A stretch of DNA of 62,978 bases, filler included, from Thraustochytrium aureum (Eukaryota), in assembly GCA_012862495.1 (NCBI GenBank). It is 7 parts of 3 records of this genome, joined end to end, with 100 filler letters (N's around TTAATTAATTAA, not from the genome) between each part and the next. Parts side by side here need not be neighbours in the genome. Positions count along the whole stretch, not along the records: positions 27,165 to 47,475 come from BLSG01000123.1; positions 47,576 to 60,283 come from BLSG01000123.1; 5 more parts are not named here. One strand, given 5' to 3'. Shown piece by piece: positions 45,239 to 57,572 of the stretch. The translations under genes and the position numbers were made by a program. Under the pieces are notes generated by a model. That model saw nothing but the letters and a program-made list of their open reading frames with translations. It did not search any database and was not told where the DNA came from. Each line of letters begins with the position of its first letter. The first letter of the stretch is position 1.

Positions 45239-47475
45239 ATGGCGGACCAAAACGGCACCAAGGTCTGGGTGAGGTGCAAGAAGAGGGCCTGGTCGCGCGG
45301 CACCGTTGAAGAGAGGAAGGAGGAGAACGGCAAGTTCGTGTTCGTGGTTCGCAAAGAACCCACCGATGACGACAGCAATGACAGCCACGACGGATTCGAC
45401 GAGGAGGACGAAATCGTCCGCATCGAGGGGACCAGCCCCGAACTGTCAAACCACGCCGACATCTTCCTCTGCAACGAGTTCGAGGACGGCCGGACGCTAG
45501 CCCAAGTCGAGGACCTCACCTGGCTGACCCACCTGCACGAGCCCTCGATCCTACAGGCCTTGTCGGACCGCTTCGACAAGGACCTCATCTACACCAACAC
45601 GGGACCCATCTTGCTCGCCGTCAACCCCTTCAAGCGCATCAAGCTCTACACGGACGAGCTCCTCACCATGTACTACAGCACGGGCTTGCTAAAGTCCCAG
45701 GGCCTCGAGGCGCCCGTGCTGGCGCCGCACGTCTACGCCACCGGCGACGCCGCGTACCGCAACCTGGTGGACACCAGCGAGCAAAGCTCCAAGAACCAAA
45801 GCATCCTCGTCAGCGGCGAGTCCGGCGCAGGCAAGACCGAGTCCACAAAGTTTATCATGCAATACCTGGCCACTGTGGCCAAGGACGACAAGAACAAGGA
45901 CGGTCAGAAGATCGCCGATATGGTGCTGCAGAGCAACCCGATCCTCGAGGCCTTCGGCAACGCGCGGACAAACCGCAACGACAACTCGTCCAGGTTTGGC
46001 AAGTTCATCGAAATGCAGTTCAACGCCTCCGGCATGCTCGTCGGCGCGCGCATCGTTACATACCTCTTGGAAAAGGTGCGCCTCGCCAAACAAGGCCTCG
46101 GCGAGCGCAATTTTCACGTCTTCTACCAGCTCGTCCGCGGCGCCTCCGAGCAGCAACTCGCCGACTGGCGCGTCCCCGACTTGGACCAGTGCGGCTACAC
46201 CAACCAGTCCGAGTGCCTCGATCGCAAGGACGGCGTCGAGGACGACGACCAGTTTACGCGCATGTGGGCCGCCATGGAGACCATGGGCTTCCAGGACGAG
46301 GAAAAGGAGCAGCTCATGCGCGCCGTCTCGTCGGTCATGAACCTCGGCAACCTCCAGTTCGTCAGCGACGACGCGCCCGCCACCGCTGGCGAGGGCGAAG
46401 GCTGCCTCATCGACCCAAGCACCAAAGAGCCCCTCGACAACTGCGCCGCGCTCCTCGGAGTCGACCGCGGGCTTCTCGAGACCGCGCTCACCACGCGCAA
46501 GATCAAGGTCAGCGCATCCGAGGGATACACCAAGCGCCTGGCCCCCGTCGAGGCCCGCGACGCGCGAGATGCGCTCGCCAAGGCGGTCTACTCGCGCATG
46601 TTTGACCACGTCGTGCGTCGCGTCAACGAAAGCATCCAGGTCGGCGCCAAGGTCAAGACCAACTTTATCGGCGTGCTCGACATCTTCGGCTTCGAGGTGT
46701 TCCAGTCCAACTCGTTCGAGCAGCTCTGCATCAACTACGCCAACGAGACGCTCCAGCAGCAGTTCAACCAGTTCGTCTTCAAGCTCGAGCAGCGCGAGTA
46801 CGAAAAGGAAAAGACCAAGTGGTCCTTCATCGACTTCCCCGACAACCAGGCCTGCCTCGACCTCATCGAGGCCAAGCCCATCGGCATCATCTCTCTCCTC
46901 GACGAGCAGTGCCTCTTCCCAAAGGGCAACGACCAGAGCCTCGCAGGGCGCTTTTACGAAAAGCTCGTCGGGGTGGACCGCTTTTCCGTCTCCAACAAGG
47001 AAAAGGTGGCCCATCAATTCACTGTCGAGCACTATGCGGGCAACGTGACCTACGACACATTTGGCTTTGTTGCGAAGAACAAGGACCAGCTCTACCAAGA
47101 GGCCCTGGACTTGGTGCAGACCTCCTCCGACCCGCTTCTGCAGCTCCTCTTCCCCAAGCAATCGCCCGCCGCCGAGCAGCAGCAGCAGGCTGGTGCCAAG
47201 CGCTCGCTTCAGTCAAAGACGGTGGGCTCGCAGTTCAAGGAGCAGCTCTCCACGCTGCTCAAGACCATACGTAGCACCTCGCCGCACTACATCCGGTGCC
47301 TCAAGCCCAACGATATGGCCACGGCGGGACGCCTCGTGCGCTCGCGCCTCGTCGACCAGCTCCGATACGGCGGTGTGCTGGAGGCCGTCAAGGTCGCCCG
47401 CGCCGGCTACCCAGTGCGCCTCGTCATCGCAGACTTCGTCACGCGCTACTTTATGCTCGGCGCTGCTCCCGGGGC
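45239..47475 (+). CDS. Myosin heavy chain motor domain, 3' truncated
   Basis: EDLTWLTHLHEP, ILLAVNPF, P-loop GESGAGKT, LEAFGNART.RNDNSSRFGKF, LDIFGFE, FEQLCINYANE, PHYIRCLKPN. Confidence 0.98.
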
Positions 47476-47575
47476 NNNNNNNNNNNNNNNNNNNNNNNNN
47501 NNNNNNNNNNNNNNNNNNNTTAATTAATTAANNNNNNNNNNNNNNNNNNNNNNNNNNNNNNNNNNNNNNNNNNNN
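47476..47575. other. Artificial scaffold linker 4
   Basis: 44 N + TTAATTAATTAA (47520-47531) + 44 N. Confidence 0.97.
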
Positions 47576-50500
47576 TCTCTCATCCGAGAGCTGCCTGCCG
47601 TCCCTGGTTGGTGGCGGTCTGCGCGCGTCAAAATCTACGTCGGCGCTGTCGGCGCTGGCGAGCGATCGAGAGCTGTCGAGCGGGAGCAGGGAACAGGCGG
47701 GGTGATACGGGTCTGCCAGGATTCGTTCGTCCTGTCAGTACTGCATCGAGTGCACCTCGCGCCACTTGTTTGGCCCCTCTGTCTCTCGCATGTGCGAGTG
47801 GGCCTCCCTCCCTCTACTCGTTTCCTCACATGTGAGGCTGACGCCGCAGGTCGGCGGCCAGGACAGAACAACGAGGTCTGTTCCCGCCTTCTCACGCCAA
47901 GCGCTCACGGACTGCCAAGCGAGCTCAAGCGCTCACTCACGCACTGCCTGGCGTCCCACCGCTCCCGACAGGCAGGCAGGCAGGCAGGCAGGCAGCAGAG
48001 GAGGAGTGCGAGGAGGGAAGAGGAAGGACGCGAGGCCGGGCAAGCAATCTCGCGGGGCAGTTTGGGGCCAACTCGGGGCTCTCACGGAGGCGCTCAGGTG
48101 CTCGCGGGCCACAGTGGAAACGAGTTGGCCGCGTTCTGACGGGGCTCGCAGGCCTTCACGCACACTTGCGAGCGAGTAGCCCTCATAGCACTGGCCTACG
48201 GCGCCAGGCGCTGGCAGCGGATCGAATCGCCGGCGCGGCCTCGCCAGAGGGCTCGTCTCGCTAGGGCCAACTAACCGGCGGTGTAGGACCCCAGCCGCCA
48301 GCAGCGCCTGCGAAGACGCCGAGAGGGAGGGCCCCTGAGGCGACGCGCCCTCTCCACCGCGCCAGCCACCGCCAGCCTCAGGGCCCTGGGGAGAATCAAA
48401 GCGCAAGGAACAGTACACTGACACACGCAGGGAGGGGCGCCTGCTGGCTATTGGGGGGCGCGCCGTGCTCTTCAGGGCTCGGAGGAGGCGCAACCAACGC
48501 GTGGAGAAGACACGACGAGCAATCGAAATCCACTGGCAGATCAGTGAGCGCCGGACTTGAAGTCGGAAGCGACCGGCGGGGGGAATCCCGCGAGGAAGAC
48601 CGTCAGCCGGGCGGCGAAGTTGGAAGAAGCGCTCGAGGAGCGGCCCGACGTAGCCTGTCTGCCGGCCGCCGAAGTTGGAGAGTTTCTGGAAAAACAGGCG
48701 CAGCCATCATCAACATGGCAGGCATGGCCTGCATGAAATAGTTGGAACGCACGGCAAGTTTCTAGAAATGGGCGCCCGAGGGGCCGGGTTCTGTATTCAT
48801 CACTGACAGATTATCGGAGGCTCTCACGCTGGGTTTTGCATTCCTGTGAGGTTCAAGTTTAGATTCACTGACTGTTGGCCCTGAGGTCGTCAGACAGTGC
48901 GTTGCATCCCGAAAAACGCGGCGCCAATGCACGTGAGAATGCACAGGGCTGTTTGGGAACGGACGGTCACCGAGGTTTCGGCGCTGAGGTTTCTCGAGCT
49001 ACATGCACCGGCTGATACGCGGTGGTTTCGACACAGACGAATGCGGCCTGCCGCAAACGTTGAGCAACGACGGCCTGAGGAGGGGGAGCGCCGAATCAAT
49101 CAAGCGGACAAGGTTTACTCCTTTACAATCCTACCTCTTTCCCGCTGCAGCAGGCCTGCCTCTTCCCCTGCTCCTCGGCTCAATCTTGAAGAACAAATCG
49201 GCTTTTCCTGGCCCAACCTCTTGCGATTGCAGTTGCAGTTGCCCAATGTTTCTCTTGTGTTTGGCAATCGTGCCTCTGCGAACGCCATTTTGACCCTTCG
49301 CCACTCAGCTCCAGTAGAGGAGGAGGTAGAGGAGGAGGTAGGATCGCTGCGCTGACAACGAAAAACTTCATGTAATGTCAGCAGATTTGTTTCTCTTACA
49401 AGAGGAGTTCCAGGCGCCGCCTCTCCGCACAAATCCTCCTTTCTTCGATGATCGCTCGAAGATACAAGTGAGAAAACCGAGGTTCGTCGTCTCAGAATGT
49501 TGCCACAGGGCCTTGTTTTGCCACCGCCAGCCGTGCGTTCAGCCCGAGTCTGGACCCGGGGGTCCAAACCGGGAACAACGTAGACGTGCAGGTCCGCTTC
49601 GCGTCGAGGATTCGCCCGTGGATGTCGTCCAAGAGATGGGCTGCGAGCTCGGCAAAGTGCCTGCCGCCCGGCCTCGCCAACCGGCTCGGTCAGCCGCGCA
49701 GTCCCAGCGTGCTCTGCATCCCTGGCTGGCCCTGGGCCAGGAGCGCGACGTTGACCCCGCCGGGCCGGCCCGCCGCTTCGACGGCCCACCGGCCCGTTGG
49801 TTTCTGGACAAGCCTCAACTTGAACGGCCCGGGGCCCCCACTGCCAGCAGCTCGTTGGTTTCTGGAAATGCTTCCTCGCCAACAGCAAAACCCTTCTCTT
49901 GACCAGGCTGAGGCTGTCTGGCCGTCAAGACAGGATTGGGGAATGAGGCAAGGCATGCTTTGCGCACGGGAGACCAACGTGTTGTGGTGATCGATCTATC
50001 TCCTGTGTCCCATCAATCAACCACCCAGTCGAGGTCGGTGAGATGCGATTACGCGTCCGAGTTGCGTTTCTTCTGTTGAACGACGCAGCGACGTCCGGCT
50101 CCTCGGGGCCACGCGAGATTTGCATACCTACCCGTTGGGACGATGGCGATTGCAGGAGCCACGACAATGTACGCTGATGAATTGCTCAGGCTGCCGTTTG
50201 CTTTTCAGACCGCAGGCTGTCGCGCAGGCGGCGTGCCAGTGGGCGCGGCGGCGGGTGGCGAGCGGTCGCGCAGGCGGTGTGTCCCACGCCACAACCGCGC
50301 CTCGAGTCGCTTGGGCCGGCCTCGAGTCCGTCCACCCCTTACACTGCAAACACGTCGTGACATGCCGCATGCCTTTGCGAACGCCAGCCCCAACAGAGGT
50401 CTTGCTTGCTAAACCTGTGAACGGCCACGCTGCCGTCAATCACCGCAACTTCTTCCCTGCAGCGCGCCGCAGCGCAAAGCCTTCTCGTCAAACGAAGCAC

Positions 50501-52682
50501 TGGCCGTTGTCGACGAGTCAAGCGGCCAATCAGCGCGTTCGACTCCGGGCCTTTCGACTGCGGTGACTGGAAGTAGTGCAGCCCAACTTGAGCCGACTCT
50601 ACCGCATTTCACAGCCCAACGCAAAAGCCAATGCGGAAAGCGAACTTCCCTCATCCGCGCAACGGTCGAGCGCGGCTTCCAGTGGGCCAGCTCCTCGGCA
50701 ACGAACACTGCTCGCGTCTCGTTTTGTGAGGATAGCGCCGCAGTTTTCAGCAGCAACGACCTCTTACACTGCCGCCCCTCATCATCGCCAACTTGAGGAG
50801 CCTGCCTATCTGCGATCACACCGCCAGTCACTCACCATCAACAACACGCTCGCTCGGCACCGGCCGGACCCTCCTCGTAAAGCGCTCCTGCGCAAACCGC
50901 GTGGCGCTTGCGTACGGTATCCGCTGGCCGCGTCGCCGAAGCGCGCCGCACACCTCTTGACGCGCAGCAGGTCCTGCTCGTGCAAGCTGTCCCGAAGCAA
51001 GGAGGCCGAAGTAAATAAAGCCCGTGCTCCGAGTAGAGAGGCCCGCAGAGGACGATTGTTCTCGGGACCGGGAGGGCTGCGCTCCGCGCGCCTCTGCGTT
51101 TTCTGATCGGATGCCAGNNNNNNNNNNNNNNNNNNNNNNNNNNNNNNNNNNNNNNNNNNNNNNNNNNNNNNNNNNNNNNNNNNNNNNNNNNNNNNNNNNN
51201 GCCAGCGTCACGTTTCAAGAGCTCTTTGACTCGGGTATTGAGTCCACGCCCTCCCATCACGCCGAGAAGTTGAGTCCACCAGCGCGGTTACTTGAATTCT
51301 TTCTAAGCGATCGGCGAGCGCCCTGCGTCACTGCGCTTTGCCGCGTCAACTCGCGAGGCGGGCAGCACCCGGCAGGTCCAGGGGTTGGCAGTTACAGATT
51401 GGCCCTGCCGTCATCCACTGGCTGCTTGCCCACCACCCTCTCCTGCGCTTGCACGGCCTTTTGCTTGGCACCACAAGTATTGGACTCGATTCTTGCCCGC
51501 CCCGGCGACTGGCGGCAAGGCTCTGTCGAGCCAGCAGCAGAGGCCCGGAGCTGCTCGCAGATGCGTGAGCGAGCCACTAGAATCCGAACTTCGCCGCCGG
51601 GCATTCCGGTCGCCGTGCGGGCCGCTGGCAAGCTGCTGGCAGCTGCAAGGTTTCGGGCCTTTCGGCGCAAACGGACTGCTTTGCCCCATGCTCTTCGTTT
51701 GTGCGCGCACTGGGTCTGTCGAGACGCGGGCAGACTCGGCGAGGCGGACAGCGAACGAGTACACGCCTGGCCCAGAGCCCGGCCTTCGCCGGGCCGAGGC
51801 TGTGATGCAAGCTCCGGGGCGGCTACTGTGTGCAGTGAAGGCACCGCTGGCAGCGCGCTGGGAGCCGGGGCCAAGCCTGGACTTTGTCAACTCCTGCACC
51901 GCACCGCTGTCGTGCTCACCGATCGCGGCAGGTCAACTGCAGGCGCCTTGCGGCGAGGCATCGACAACCCACGGGGTGCTCTGACACAACTGACCGCGTT
52001 TGCTCTCGGATCTACTTGAGCAAGCCAAGCCCGTTGGCGCCAATCGGCTTTCCCTCGCCGCAGCGGCCGACGCCGTCCGCCCTCAGGCGGTCGTCTGCGC
52101 GGGGCGCGCTGGGCTCGTTTGGGACTCCTCTCGCCCATCATGATCCAACATCATCATGATCTGTTGGAGTGATCTGTTCGAGTACTTTACTGCACGCAAG
52201 TTCTCCCTCATTCATGAATGGGGAGTACTCGCGAGCGCGGAGCGGTCTGCGTTTCTTCATAGAGACGTCTACGTACATCAAGTGCGGCGGTGCGGCGGTG
52301 GACCTCGACAGGAACCGCAACCGCTGATTGCGCGGCAGGCGGTGGGCCCCGCCAGGAGCAACAACTGCTGATGAATTGAATCGACCTGTGAAACGAGTGA
52401 GCGAGCGCGTCGGCCAGCCAAAGCATTCGAGTACACGGCGGAATCAAGCCAGTCCAAATCCAGCGTCAGCATCAGGCGAAGCGACATCAGCCGGTTCGGC
52501 GAGGCGACGGCGGAAGCGCACACGACAGTCCCAGAGGACTCTTGCTTCGCTGCCCGATTTCGTGCCCGCCCCGCCGGCACCCGCCCCGGCGCAATCGTCG
52601 CGATAGCTCCGCTCGCCGGAACCACCACCGCACTCAACAACGAGCACGACACACGCATCAATCCAAGTACTACTGTACTCCT

Positions 52683-54118
52683 CTAGCCTGCTGTGGACGA
52701 CGAGAGCAGCGACGAAACAGACGAGGCGGAGAGCCGCTGCGAGTTGCGCCGGGCGTCCAGCTCGCGCTTGTTCCGCGCGCACTCGTTGATAAGGCGAACC
52801 CACTCGTCGCGCTCTGCCGCCGACGACGGGATGAAGACACGGATGGCCTGCTGCGACGTGACCTTGAAAGCGAGGTCGAGGTGGGGGTGGTTTGCGCCGA
52901 GCGCCTCCGCCGCAGCGCGCCCCTCGGACGCACCGTAAAACTCGAGGTGGTTGTGGTAGTGGTACCGGCCCGGCAAGAACTTGGTCGACGAGGCGTACAA
53001 GAGAATGTCGGAAAAGNGGAACAGGTGCACCTCGCGCAGCGTGCCGATGCTCCGCACCTTGAGCATCTTGCCTTGCTGGATGAACATTCGCCCCGGGGCC
53101 AGCAGGGTGACCGGGACGCCGCCGAGGCGCGTCGTCCACAGCGCAGACTGGATTTCGAGCATCTTGGCGTTGTCCTCGTGCTGGCCCAGCTTCTCGTTGA
53201 CGTGGTCGGCCACAACCTGGATGTCCGCCAGCGCGCTCTCCAAGAGCCGCGCGTCGGGGTGCGTGTCAGGTGTCCGTTTGCGCAGCTCTTTGAGCAAAAG
53301 CACATACCGCGGAAGCCGCTGGATAGGGTTGATCATCAGAGAGCCAATGTCCTGGCAGCCTGCCATGGCAGCGCTGGACGCCACCTGGCGCGCGCGCTCG
53401 TTGGATCGCAGCAAACTCGATGCGCTGTCGACACCTTGCTTGAACGAGTTGGTGTACATGACGTAGATCTTGAAAAACATCGCAAACGTTTTGAAGTGTC
53501 GCCCAGCGTTTGGTTCGGTCCCCATGCCTTGATCTTGGCCTCCAGCGCCTGGGCAAAGCTCTGCGCCAGGCCCAGGATCTCCGTCACGTTTCCAAACACG
53601 CCGCTCGCTTCCTGCTTGCTCAGGATTGGCTCGGCCCCGGACGTCAAAGGAATCATAAAGTGCGTCCGCAAGTTCTCCAAAGCGCGAACGTACGACCGCT
53701 CGGTCTCGAGGATCTCGGTCGCGACGCGGCCCCGCTTGATGTCATCGCTTTGCGTGGGCTGCGATATCCTGGCGCGTGTCCGCTGCGCGGCAACCTCCTC
53801 CGGCGTCAGCGAAATTCGCCTTGTTGCAGAGCCTTTGCGCTGCAAGAGTGTTTGGAGCTTGTCGATGCGGTCCATGACGAACTTGATGTTGTCGCTGAGG
53901 AGGCGTTGCATCCGCGCGTCGCGCGAGCACTTGCCCATCGCGCTCATCATCGCGGCGCAGCTCGCCATGTACGCGTCAGAGGCTTGCGTGGCAGCGGCCA
54001 CCGCGTCCGCGTCGCTCACGCCGCGCCTCGTCGCAACGTCCAGCGACTTGTCGAGCTCCGCAGCCGATTCGAGCATCGACACGGCCTCCCAAATTTCCTC
54101 GGTGCGCCTGCCCGCCAT
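52683..54118 (-). CDS. Dbl-family RhoGEF (DH + PH); frameshift near 53520; start uncertain
   Basis: RGRVATEILETERSYVRAL, VFGNVTEI, LMINPIQRLPRYVLLLKELRKRTPDTHPD. PH part: RMFIQQG...HLFxFSDILLY...ERDEWVRLI. Confidence 0.92.
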
Positions 54119-54874
54119 CTCGCCTCGCGCGCGTCTCGCGAGCGGCGTCCGTCGCCCCCAAAACCACCAGCGTGCGACTCTGGCTTGCTGGAGCGCGCTT
54201 GTCGTGGCCAAAACCCGCCAAATTCGCGATCGCCCAGCTCGAGCGACCTTGGGCGGCCCTCGTGCGCAGCGCGGGTCGGAGCCGGCGACGGCAGAGCGCG
54301 GGTCGAACGCGGTCTGCTCGCGTGCCGCCCGCCGACGCCCTGGCTACTCTGAGGCGCCGTCACGACGATCGATCGTCCCGGGACGGACGCTCGCTCGGCC
54401 ACATGGCGCGTCTTGATTGATTGAAAAAAAGCAGCGCTGGTTAATAACCGGCGCTCGTTACCTACGCGCCGCGCGCCGCTCCGCTGCGGGGAAAGACTAG
54501 CGGCTGCAAGCTACGTTTTGAAGAAAACAGAGTGGAGCCNNNNNNNNNNNNNNNNNNNNNNNNNNNNNNNNNNNNNNNNNNNNNNNNNNNNNNNNNNNNN
54601 NNNNNNNNNNNNNNNNNNNNNNNNNNNNNNNNNNNNNNNNNNNNNNNNNNNNNNNNNNNNNNNNNNNNNNNNNNNNNNNNNNNNNNNNNNNNNNNNNNNN
54701 NNNNNNNNNNNNNNNNNNNNNNNNNNNNNNNNNNNNNNNNNNNNNNNNNNNNNNNNNNNNNGGAGAGGCGGCGGAGGAGGCCGCAGAGCACGGTTGTGGC
54801 TCGCTCACTGGCTGCCCCGCCCTGCCCTGCCCGGCCGGCTGCTTGCCTTGCTCATGGCAGCTTGGCAGCTTGGC

Positions 54875-56393
54875 ATGTCGGCAGTGATCCTTTCGAGCTC
54901 GAAAATGGCGACCAGGGCCGCGGCTGCGTCGACGTGGCGCGCCGCCAAGCGGTCGAGGGCTCCGGCGGCTGCGGCGCGACGGGACATGAGCGCCGAGGCT
55001 GGCGCGGCGAAAGCGAGGTCGACGAGGCTTGCTGCGCCGGCGGTGGCCTCCAGGATTGACCACGCTCGGCTGCGAGACGGACTCGACGTGTTCAAGAGCG
55101 AGATGGCCGCGCGGCGCGCCGGAGACCCCTGCCGACGCGGACGCAGCCTGCGCGCTCAGCGAGCGCCTCAAGGCGCTCAAAACGGAGGAGAACCAGCTGC
55201 GAGGCCGCAGAAACGCGCTCGCTGCAAGCAACAAGGGCAGCGGCGCGCCGAGCCAGGAGGCACTCGCCCAAGGGCGCGAAATCAAGGCCGAGGTCGCCGC
55301 GCTCGAGGCCCAGCTGAACGACGTGCAAGCCAAGCTAGAGGCGCACGCGCTGCGGCTTCCTAACTGGATCGACCAAGGCGCCCCGCGCGCCGAGCAGTCT
55401 GCCCACCTCGAGCAAGACGGCGCCGGCGAGGGCGTTGTCGTCGCCAAGGCAGCCGGCACGATCCCAAGCTTTCAGGGCTTTGAGCCGCGCGACCACGTCT
55501 CCCTCGCGACGGCCCTCGATATCGCGGACTTTGACGCGCCCGTGGTTACCAGCGGTCCAAAGTTCGCCTCGCTAAAGAACGATGGCGCCCTGCTCGAGCT
55601 CGCCCTCGTGCAGTGGGCCCTCACCCTGTTGCGCGCCGAAGGCTTCTCGCCTGTCATGACCCCCGACATTGTGCACAGCACTGTGCTCGAGGGGTGCGGG
55701 TTTCAGCCGCGCGGCGAGTACTCGCACGTCTACCACGTCCACAACGACCAGGAAGCGCACCGTGACGCAAACCTGTGCTTGGTCGGCACCTCTGAGATCG
55801 CTTTGGCCGGTTCGATGGCCGGAAAGAGCTTTTCTGACGCCTCGACCGAGCTCCCGGTCCGCCTGGCCGGCTTTGGGCACTGTTTTCGTGCCGAGGCGGG
55901 CTCGTCCGGGGCAGGCACGCGCGGGCTCTACCGCCTGCACCAATTCAGCAAGGCAGAGATGTTTGTGTTTTGCCTGCCTTCGCAGGCTGAGGCAGAGCTC
56001 GCTCGGCTCAGGGCAATCCAAGAGCGCATCTGCGACATGCTCGGGTTGCACTGGCGGACCATCGATATGTACCCGCACGAGCTTGGCAATCCGGCGGCGC
56101 GCAAATTTGACGTCCAGGTGTACATGCCGTCGCGCGGCGGCTTTGGGGAGGTCGCCTCGATCTCGACCTGCACCGACTACCAGGCGCGCCGCCTCAACAT
56201 CCGCTACGTGGACAAGGCCGCCGGCGACCGCGGTTTTGTGCATACGCTCAACGGCACAGCTGTCGCCGTGCCGCGGGTCGTCCTGTCCATTCTCGAAACG
56301 CACCAGCAGGCGGACGGCACCGTGCTGTTGCCCGCGTGTCTTGTGCCGTTCATGGGCGGCATCGACCGTCTTGCGCCGCCGCCCTCTTGCTGA
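54875..56393 (+). CDS. Seryl-tRNA synthetase, probably mitochondrial; frameshift near 55130
   Basis: Arg/Ala-rich presequence, coiled-coil arm, LPN, LVGTSEIAL, motif 2 CFRAEAG...GLYRLHQFSK, CTDYQARRLNIRY, motif 3 HTLNGTAVAVPR. Confidence 0.95.
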
Positions 56394-57307
56394 TGTGGGG
56401 TGTGGGCCACCGCCCGCGGTGCTGAGGTGCGCAGGGGACGGCCGCTGTGTTTTGGGGTCAGATACCTTGCTGCCAGTGCAAACAACGACCTTCGCGAGGC
56501 GCGACCTCCTTGTTGAAAAGTCGGCCCACACGATCATCGCTCGGCGCTCTCTACACCCCGGGGTGGCACTGGGCGAATCGCCTCGACACCACCTTCGCAG
56601 AGCCCAGTTCGAGTTTCGTACTTCCCTCCCAGCCGGACCCAGCGGGACGCGGGCGAGCGAACGAATCGGGCTGCCAAGCCAATGCAGGCTGCCGAGCCAG
56701 TGCGATCAGGGTTGCCACGCCACCGCCCGCTCCTCCATCCCATCCCAACAGCTTCGCGCGTCCTCTACCTGCCGTGGTGGCGCCGCGGGGCCGGGTGGTG
56801 GTAACAGCACTCGAGCAGAGCAGGCTTCACAGCGAGCACGTGACAGGCTGCCAGGAGCGCCTCAAACGTATCCTTTGAATTTCGGATTGAAGAGCAGAAC
56901 AGGACAAACATGCGCTGCGGCCCCTCGGGCATCGGTATCGCGATAAATAGCAACTATTGACCGAAGCGAGTCCTATGCCTTCGGCCATTTCTTCGCGAGG
57001 CGGTCGACTGCGAGAATGCGCAAGTAGACCCGGGGGCACGCACTTCTTCAAGTTGTGCACGACCCTCGCGAGTTGATCGAGTTGCCAAACGAGGCGTTTT
57101 GCTGCAAGCGGGATGGTGCCCAGCTCCACCTTCCTGGGAGTGTGAAGGAAGGAAGGAAGGCGTACAGAGACATGATCCTGTCAAGTGCGACGCCAATCGC
57201 TCTGGCAGTACCGCAACGCGCGAAGACCAGGGCCATCGAGTCCGACGAGCCAGAGACATATTCTGCGCCTCGACGACCGTTCTGCTCGAAACGGGACGCG
57301 AGCGAGC

Positions 57308-57379
57308 GCCTGGCGCAGCTCTGACCCATTAGTGCAGGGCTCGGCCTGGCGCAGCTCTGACCCATTAGTGCAGGGCTCG
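57308..57379 (+). repeat. 36-bp exact tandem duplication
   Basis: gcctggcgcagctctgacccattagtgcagggctcg twice. Confidence 0.9.
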
Positions 57380-57572
57380 GCGGCTCTCGCCCTCGCCAAG
57401 GCTGGCTTCGGCGGTGCCNNNNNNNNNNNNNNNNNNNNNNNNNNNNNNNNNNNNNNNNNNNNNNNNNNNNNNNNNNNNNNNNNNNNNNNNNNNNNNNNNN
57501 NNNNNNNNNNNNNNNNNNNNNNNNNNNNNNNNNNNNNCCCTGTTGTACCCAGAGCTGTCGCCGAAAGCGAAA

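Noticed and set aside
45689..47161. Long antisense ORFs over myosin (likewise over FtsH, GS-B, AMT and RhoGEF)
   Set aside because: These are shadow ORFs produced by high GC3 codon bias.
48600..48740. Minus-strand HVDD as a copia reverse transcriptase remnant
   Set aside because: No upstream LYGLKQ-type motif, no integrase, RNase H or LTR was seen. A four-residue match is expected by chance.
49690..49692. In-frame TGA as selenocysteine
   Set aside because: No redox motif context or SECIS was seen, and the surrounding region is degenerate.
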